Below are positions 58,717-64,000 of a DNA stretch of 64,000 nucleotides, one piece after another. Each line of letters opens with the position of its first letter. The first letter of the stretch is position 1. The notes below the pieces were generated by a model. It was not told where the DNA came from, ran no database searches, and worked only from the letters and a program-made list of their open reading frames with translations. A program made the translations under genes and the position numbers. Source of the DNA: Patescibacteria group bacterium. GTDB taxonomy: Bacteria; Patescibacteriota; Patescibacteriia; CAIXNZ01. The stretch is from positions 89,852 through 153,851 of the forward strand of contig JBAZJU010000002.1 of the NCBI GenBank assembly GCA_041651155.1. The letters run 5' to 3'.

Positions 58717-58959
58717 ATGTCAGTCCCAGCTAAACGCAGACCAAGAAGTGAAAAAAGGCGCAGGGCAGCCCATTTTGCTTTAAAAAAAGTTCAATATAAT
58801 TTGTGCCCAAAATGCAAAAAGCCCAAAATGCCCCATGCTGTTTGTACTTCATGCGGTACTTATAAAAATCGCGAAATCTTAAAATCAAAACTGGATAAGA
58901 AGGAATTGAAAAAAATGAACAAACAGAAAGCCAAAAGTGCCGAGAAACAGACTCACTAA
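58717..58959 (+). CDS. rpmF: 50S ribosomal protein bL32
   Basis: MSVPAKRRPRSEKRRR..H..L...CPKC...PHAVCTSCGTYK. Confidence 0.95.
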   Translation: MSVPAKRRPRSEKRRRAAHFALKKVQYNLCPKCKKPKMPHAVCTSCGTYKNREILKSKLDKKELKKMNKQKAKSAEKQTH

Positions 58960-59060
58960 GGAATGCCTGAACCACAGATTTAATTCACTGATTGCACAGA
59001 TGTTTATTTTCGTCAGTGTTAGCTGTGAGTAAAATCAGTGGTTAAGTTAACAATATCATT

Positions 59061-59495
59061 ATGTCCAACAGACATTTATCCCGCACCATTGCCATGCAGA
59101 CTCTTTACCAATGGGATTTTAATGACCAAAAAGAAAACAATTTGGAGCAGCTTTTGGATTATAATATCAAGGAGTTTGCGCCGGGTTTCAATGACGATGG
59201 TTTTGCCAAACATTTGGTTGAAGGCGTAATTAAAAATATTGCGGACATTGATGAATCTATTAGAAAGTACGCAACTGAATGGCCGCTTGAGCAAATTACG
59301 GTTATTGATCGCAATATTTTGCGCCTGGGCATTTATGAATTAAAATTTGATCCGGACATTCCTTCCAAGGTGGCAATTAACGAAGCGATTGAAGTCGCCA
59401 AAACTTATGGCGGAGATTCATCGGGTAAATTTGTCAATGGTGTTTTAGGCGCGATTTATAAAGAAATGGAAGCCAAGGGACAGATTAAAGAATAA
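59061..59495 (+). CDS. nusB: Transcription antitermination factor NusB
   Basis: [31 protein letters not shown] and FVNGVLG motifs. Confidence 0.96.
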   Translation: MSNRHLSRTIAMQTLYQWDFNDQKENNLEQLLDYNIKEFAPGFNDDGFAKHLVEGVIKNIADIDESIRKYATEWPLEQITVIDRNILRLGIYELKFDPDIPSKVAINEAIEVAKTYGGDSSGKFVNGVLGAIYKEMEAKGQIKE

Positions 59496-59563
59496 AATTT
59501 AAGAAGTATTTTTAGGTTGGTCAAAATAAATTCAAGGGCATTTTTGTGCAAAAGGAGGTAAAA

Positions 59564-59713
59564 ATGACCAAGGTGAATGAAGGAGCGAAAAAGAAAATGT
59601 CGGCCAGAAAATTGGCCAGAATGGTGATTGAGGAGGCAATCAATATTTTGGTCGGTCCGTATCTCGGCCAGTTTAGGGCCATGCAAGTAAAAGATTTTCT
59701 TTTCCGCGAATAA
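59564..59713 (+). CDS. Small ORF (49 aa) MTKVNEGAKKKMSARKLARMVIEEAINILVGP...
   Basis: AAGGAGGT SD; hairpin TGAGGGAG-AATC-CTCCCTCA after the stop. Confidence 0.5.
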   Translation: MTKVNEGAKKKMSARKLARMVIEEAINILVGPYLGQFRAMQVKDFLFRE

Positions 59714-59840
59714 ATTTTGAGGGAGAATCCTCCCTCATCAACCCAAAAGTATTTTTTATGAATAATTTATGGAATGACAGACTTTAGTTTGCTACCTAAA
59801 GAGGTAGCACATTTAAGTTTGTCGCTCCGTTGCTAAATCT

Positions 59841-60533
59841 ATGAAAGATTTTTCCAAACTTGAAAAAAAATTAGGCGTAAAATTTAAAAACAAAGATTTA
59901 ATCAGGCAGGCCGTAGTTCATCGTTCATATATCAATGAGCACCCGGAATTTGAGCTGGACCACAATGAACGCCTGGAATTTTTAGGCGATGCGGTCTTGG
60001 AACTCATTGTTACGGAATTTCTTTACCTTAATTATCCAAATCCAGAAGGTGAATTAACAAATTGGCGCGCTTCGTTGGTCAATGCCGTAATCCTTTCTGA
60101 AATTGCCCGCGATTTAGAGATTGAAGAATTTTTATATTTAAGCAAGGGCGAAGCTCAGGATATAAATTCCAAGGCGCGGCAATTTATTTTGGCCAATGCC
60201 ATGGAAGCAGTAATCGGCGCGATTTATTTGGATAAAGATTATAAAGTCGCCAAGAAATTTATTGAAGAAAAAGTTATTGTAAAATTGCCATATATTTTAG
60301 AACATAAATTATATCAGGATCCCAAAAGCAGATTTCAGGAAATAAGCCAGGAAAAAGTCGGGGTCACCCCGAGTTATAAGGTTTTAGAAGAATCAGGGCC
60401 AGACCACGCCAAGCATTTTGTGGTCGGCGTGTTTTTAAAAAAGGATTTAGTAGCCAAAGGCGAGGGCACGAGTAAACAAGAAGCCCAGGTTAGTGCCGCA
60501 CACGAGGCTTTACATGTGAAAAATTGGGAATAG
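59841..60533 (+). CDS. rnc: Ribonuclease III
   Basis: HNERLEFLGDAVL signature; C-terminal dsRBD. Confidence 0.97.
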   Translation: MKDFSKLEKKLGVKFKNKDLIRQAVVHRSYINEHPEFELDHNERLEFLGDAVLELIVTEFLYLNYPNPEGELTNWRASLVNAVILSEIARDLEIEEFLYLSKGEAQDINSKARQFILANAMEAVIGAIYLDKDYKVAKKFIEEKVIVKLPYILEHKLYQDPKSRFQEISQEKVGVTPSYKVLEESGPDHAKHFVVGVFLKKDLVAKGEGTSKQEAQVSAAHEALHVKNWE

Positions 60534-60747
60534 TTTGAAATAAAAAAAAGACAAACCTTTAACCTTACAGATGACTTTAGCCCGCATTGGCGAGGCCATG
60601 TCATCGTACGACCACTAAAGTGGTCTGTAAAATTATGACGGTTTGTCTTTTTTGTTTTGTATTAGCTGAATTTGGGTATTTTTATATTGACAAAAATTAC
60701 AATAATTGTTAGTCTTGTTATAACAAAATTTGAAAGGAGGAATAGCC

Positions 60748-61029
60748 ATGATTGTTAAGGTAGTTATTGAATCCTGCCGGCCGAACGTGGGAGAGGAAAT
60801 TTTTATACACTGTGATGAGAAGCGTACGGATTTGGAAAAGATTCAACAAGGACTAGAAGATTATTTAAAAAATAAATATCCCGGTAAATTGATCAAGGTC
60901 GCAACAAAAGGTTCGTCTTTTAGCGCTATCAGAGATAGCGATATTAGAAAAAAATTATCGGGATTCCCGGGCGTTACCCTTATACCCGAAATACACGCCC
61001 ACATTAGAGACCCCGAAGCAATAAAATAG
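60748..61029 (+). CDS. Hypothetical protein (SD-led orphan cassette)
   Basis: TTGACA-17-TAGTCT at 60687-60715; AAGGAGG before ATG 60748. Confidence 0.6.
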   Translation: MIVKVVIESCRPNVGEEIFIHCDEKRTDLEKIQQGLEDYLKNKYPGKLIKVATKGSSFSAIRDSDIRKKLSGFPGVTLIPEIHAHIRDPEAIK

Positions 61030-61060
61030 ATTATAAATAAGGATTGATGTAATTCAATCC

Positions 61061-61630
61061 TTATTGTTTTTTGGGCGGATTTTTAAAAGTTGCTTCCGGA
61101 GTTTGGTTATTTATCACCTCGCGGGAAATGCCTAATTCCTGCTTGTAAACATAATCAATGGAATCAAAAATTGCCTCTGACCAATCAAATCCCAATTTTC
61201 CAGCCACTGCTTTAACTCCTTGTTCGTTCTTGCCTTCAATTTCTATTATTGGTTTTAAGCCCGGCCAGGTATCAAGAGTAATTTCTACGTCATTAAAATG
61301 CCAGAGTTCTCTCTTGGTTTCTTGATAAGATTTACGCTTGGCGCCGATGGATTCCAAAAAATTACAGCCATTTTCAAAATTATTTATTGTTAACTCAATT
61401 TCTTTTTGGTCAGTAATCTTTTTGCCGTGAACAATTTTTAAGCTCATAGTAATTTTATCCCCCTCATCTCTGACTCTCAACCAGCCATTTTTAATTTTCT
61501 TTGGCGGAACAAAAACCACCCGTTTCATTAAAAATTCTGGTTTAATAAGCTTGGCGCCAATGGATTTGAGTTTTTGGCGCATTTGGTCTTTGTTGATTTT
61601 GGTAAAGGTGGCTTCGTATTCAATATTCAT
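61061..61630 (-). CDS. CYTH domain protein
   Basis: IEYEATF, WLRVRDEG, YQETKRELW and LDTWPGL..IEIEG motifs. Confidence 0.9.
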   Translation of the reverse strand: MNIEYEATFTKINKDQMRQKLKSIGAKLIKPEFLMKRVVFVPPKKIKNGWLRVRDEGDKITMSLKIVHGKKITDQKEIELTINNFENGCNFLESIGAKRKSYQETKRELWHFNDVEITLDTWPGLKPIIEIEGKNEQGVKAVAGKLGFDWSEAIFDSIDYVYKQELGISREVINNQTPEATFKNPPKKQ

Positions 61631-61667
61631 AGGTTGGGAATATGAAATTAGAAATAAGTAATATGGA

Positions 61668-61712
61668 TTGGCCTTCGCCAACCGAAGTTGGCTTCGGCCA
61701 ACGAAGGTTGGA
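61668..61712. repeat. REP-like iterated-hairpin element (CCAA/TTGG type)
   Basis: TTGG CCTTCG CCAA CCGAAG TTGG CTTCGG CCAA CGAAGG TTGG. Confidence 0.85.
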
Positions 61713-61731
61713 AGATTTTAATTTTTTCGTG

Positions 61732-62211
61732 CTATTTCGTGATTATTTTTTCGTGGTTAAGATACCCATTATCCTCATCAAAGAAAAAACGATATTTGAT
61801 TTCTTGTCCAGCTAAAGCTTCTGGCAGCCAGTAAATATCATCAGGCCACATTTGGGTGTACGGAATTTTATCAATCTCCCACCACAGTGGCAGAGTTTCA
61901 TCTGATTCTTTTAATTCACCTTCAAATTCATAGGCTAAGAAAATATCACAATGCTGATTATTCTCATTTTTAAAATTTGGCCAAATAAATTCAATGAAAC
62001 CTAAATGTTTTGGCTTGATTGGAGTGTACCCAGTTTCTTCCTCAACTTCGCGAATAACCGCCTGTTCAATATTTTCGCCATCTTTAACTTTGCCGCCTGG
62101 GCCATTCCATTTTCCCTGGCCAAGGCCTTTTTTCTTCATAATCAAAAGTACCTGATTTTTGTTATTGAGCAGGTAGCAGAGGTTGGTTGTGTAATTAAAG
62201 GCGTAGTCCAT
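61732..62211 (-). CDS. NUDIX hydrolase, MTH1/8-oxo-dGTPase-like
   Basis: GQGKWNGPGGKV..GE...A.IREVEEETG; MWPDD. Confidence 0.92.
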   Translation of the reverse strand: MDYAFNYTTNLCYLLNNKNQVLLIMKKKGLGQGKWNGPGGKVKDGENIEQAVIREVEEETGYTPIKPKHLGFIEFIWPNFKNENNQHCDIFLAYEFEGELKESDETLPLWWEIDKIPYTQMWPDDIYWLPEALAGQEIKYRFFFDEDNGYLNHEKIITK

Positions 62212-62266
62212 TTGACAAGTTAATTAAGTTGATTTAAGATAAGAAAAAATCTACAGGAGGTAAAAA

Positions 62267-62509
62267 ATGCCAAGTCCAGCTGAAATGACAAAAGAACAGT
62301 TAAGCAGACTGACTGATCAGCAACTTATTGATGAGATTGTCCATTATAGGTTAGTCAGGGCTAATTATCATCCCGACGACAAGGCCTATGGATGGGCATC
62401 CAAAGAACTTGAAGTGGTTCAGAGCGAGATAAATCGCAGGGAGCGGGAAAAAAGGCAAAATGAAGACTGGGACAGACGATGGAAGAAGCATTCCTGTGCG
62501 TCACAATAA
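62267..62509 (+). CDS. Hypothetical protein (SD-led orphan cassette)
   Basis: TTGACA-17-TAAGAT at 62212-62240; AGGAGGT SD. Confidence 0.6.
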   Translation: MPSPAEMTKEQLSRLTDQQLIDEIVHYRLVRANYHPDDKAYGWASKELEVVQSEINRREREKRQNEDWDRRWKKHSCASQ

Positions 62510-62635
62510 AAAATTCAAAGTTAATTTTTAAAGGGTCCACCTGGGCTCTTTTTTCTATACTTAATTTTTAGCACAAAAATCAATTATAAACAACGAAGAA
62601 GCGATTTATAAATCACTTCTTCGGATAAATGGGCA

Positions 62636-62716
62636 TTATTTTCTCTTTGCTTTTTTTTCTCGCCACTTTAATTTGGGAAGCTTAACGCCGGTTGTGATTT
62701 TTTTACCTTTTGCCAT
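62636..62716 (-). CDS. Small highly basic peptide MAKGKKITTGVKLPKLKWREKKAKRK (26 aa)
   Basis: Clean ATG-TAA ORF followed by the hairpin CGAAGAAGTGATT...AATCGCTTCTTCG. Confidence 0.5.
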   Translation of the reverse strand: MAKGKKITTGVKLPKLKWREKKAKRK

Positions 62717-62747
62717 AAATATAGAATTAAGTATTAAATAGTAAGAA

Positions 62748-62915
62748 TTAAGAATAATTATTTATATTGGAAATGCTGCCGTTTAAAATAAATGGTTTCA
62801 TGACTTTTATTTCTAAAGCATAACGTAATTCCTTTTCATCAGGCAATTCATATAATTTTTGAACTTCCAGCATTTCTTTAGCGAAATGCATGGATCCGCA
62901 GATGGTTATTCTCAT
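62748..62915 (-). pseudogene. Probable internally deleted member of an MxITICGSMxF (nucleoside deoxyribosyltransferase-like) family
   Basis: N-terminal RITICGSMHFAKEM fused directly to C-terminal EIKVMKPFILNG; only 55 aa. Confidence 0.45.
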
Positions 62916-62919
62916 AAAT

Positions 62920-63525
62920 TTATTTTTTAACAAAACGAGGACTTAATAAAACGATAATTGCTCCAATTGCTGCGCCAATAGTATCTTGAATTAAATTTAC
63001 TACGGTAGTATCTGTTGTATTATCCAAACCCAAAACTTTTAAGTGCGTACCCCAGGTATTGTCGCTATAATTTTCAAATATTTCCCAGAGAATGCTACAT
63101 ATAATCACTAAACAAAAGGCAATGATTGTCGACCTTTGAATTGGGATTTGCCAGCGCAAAGAAATTACAACGGGTAATAAAATAATGCTTATCAAAGGAA
63201 TAATGACATGCAGAATATAAGAATAAGGGATTCCATACTGATATAATTCATAAAGTCCAAGAGAGCCAAGGGCGTTGGCAGCAATAGCAATGGTAAGCAA
63301 TAATTGTAATAGTTCGGCGGCACGATTTTTTTTGGCCGCATCAGGTGAATTTGCCGAGACCCTGATGAATTTAGGCAATAAGTAGATTGTTAATGCGCCT
63401 ATAATCATTGACCAACCTAGATAACGAACATCAATAAAAGACGGAATCCAGGAGATCGGCGCAATAACCAAGAAAATGCCCGCAGTCAATAATATTAAAA
63501 TAGATATTAATGGCAAACGTTTCAT
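62920..63525 (-). CDS. Multi-pass membrane protein (DUF2238/VanZ-like)
   Basis: TMs with LYE.Y....Y...LH, ILWEIFE and DT..NL..DTIGA; start trimmed to ATG 63525. Confidence 0.65.
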   Translation of the reverse strand: MKRLPLISILILLTAGIFLVIAPISWIPSFIDVRYLGWSMIIGALTIYLLPKFIRVSANSPDAAKKNRAAELLQLLLTIAIAANALGSLGLYELYQYGIPYSYILHVIIPLISIILLPVVISLRWQIPIQRSTIIAFCLVIICSILWEIFENYSDNTWGTHLKVLGLDNTTDTTVVNLIQDTIGAAIGAIIVLLSPRFVKK

Positions 63526-63528
63526 AGG

Positions 63529-63638
63529 TGACCCGGCCCCAAAGGGGGGCCTTCGGCCCAGGGATTCGAACCCTGGACCCACTGCTTAAGAGGCAGTTGC
63601 TCTACCAGCCCCAAAGGGGAGCCTTTGGCTCTGAGCTA
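63529..63638 (-). pseudogene. Degenerate tRNA-Lys(CTT) copy with two 22-nt insertions and no 5' acceptor strand
   Basis: Matches 63958-64000 apart from the insert at 63537-63558; second insert at 63609-63630. Confidence 0.85.
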
Positions 63639-63650
63639 TTTACCTCAAAA

Positions 63651-63956
63651 TTAATTTTTAATATTTTTAATAATTATCGGAAGTTTATTTTTTTCAGTAT
63701 TTTTTATTAAATTTATGATAGCCCTTTTCTCGTTAAATCCTTTCGGGTGTTTTAAATAGAATTCTCTTTTAAAGGCTAAATTTTTATCATTATAAATTTC
63801 ATAATAAACTAGTTCAAAAGGGATCCTGGGTTTAGTTGATTTAACCCAACCTTTATTGTGATAATTCTTTAATCTTTCCGCAGGTTTCTCCGAAGTACAA
63901 CCAATGTAAAAGCCGTAATCTTTTAAGCTATGTAAAAAGTAGACAAAATATTCCAT
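63651..63956 (-). CDS. GIY-YIG nuclease family protein
   Basis: YFVYFLHSLKD..FYIGCT...RLK.YHNKG..KSTKPR.PFELVYYE...A.KRE..LK. Confidence 0.92.
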   Translation of the reverse strand: MEYFVYFLHSLKDYGFYIGCTSEKPAERLKNYHNKGWVKSTKPRIPFELVYYEIYNDKNLAFKREFYLKHPKGFNEKRAIINLIKNTEKNKLPIIIKNIKN

Positions 63957-63957
63957 G

Positions 63958-64000
63958 TGACCCGGCAGGGATTCGAACCCTGGACCCACTGCTTAAGAGG
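63958..64000 (-). tRNA. tRNA-Lys(CTT), 3' part (continues beyond window)
   Basis: CCTCTTAAGCAGTGGGTCCAGGGTTCGAATCCCTGCCGGGTCA; intactness of the 5' half is not visible. Confidence 0.8.

Noticed and set aside
63529-63638. Functional intron-containing tRNA
   Set aside because: Inserts are only 22 nt with no group I core, and the 5' acceptor strand (AGGTAAA) cannot pair with CCGGGTC.
1-64000. Alternative genetic code 25 (TGA=Gly)
   Set aside because: Conserved genes are full length in code 11, and gyrA ends at TGA as expected.

Overview
AT-rich bacterial chromosomal segment read with genetic code 11. Gene content points to a Patescibacteria/CPR (Parcubacteria-like) genome (inference): a VirB2/TrbC-like pilin array, GT-C glycosyltransferases, four-helix-bundle genes, TrmB, a lamin-tail protein and SD-less core genes. 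Core genes include PBP1A, ruvC, yebC, galU, ruvB, HU, khpA, rpsA, gyrA, rpmF, nusB, rnc and three tRNAs. The most striking unexplained structure is at 48570-50790 (minus strand), invisible to the ORF track. It is a tandem array of three transcription units, each with a DnaA box, sigma70 promoter, structured leader and conserved large-loop terminator. Together they encode 12 SD-led micropeptides (7-34 aa) in three families; one family carries the SecM-type arrest tetrapeptide RAGP, conserved through synonymous codons. Other notable items: (i) SD-led orphan cassettes among SD-less core genes; (ii) a tRNA-Lys/GIY-YIG mini-island whose tRNA copy carries two 22-nt double-hairpin insertions; (iii) REP-like elements whose spacers appear copied from the target site; (iv) four-helix-bundle genes bracketed by periodic inverted repeats; (v) an orphan DGR Avd-like gene; (vi) a conserved structured leader repeated in an orphan-gene operon. 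All product calls come from motif recognition by eye, not from database searches.
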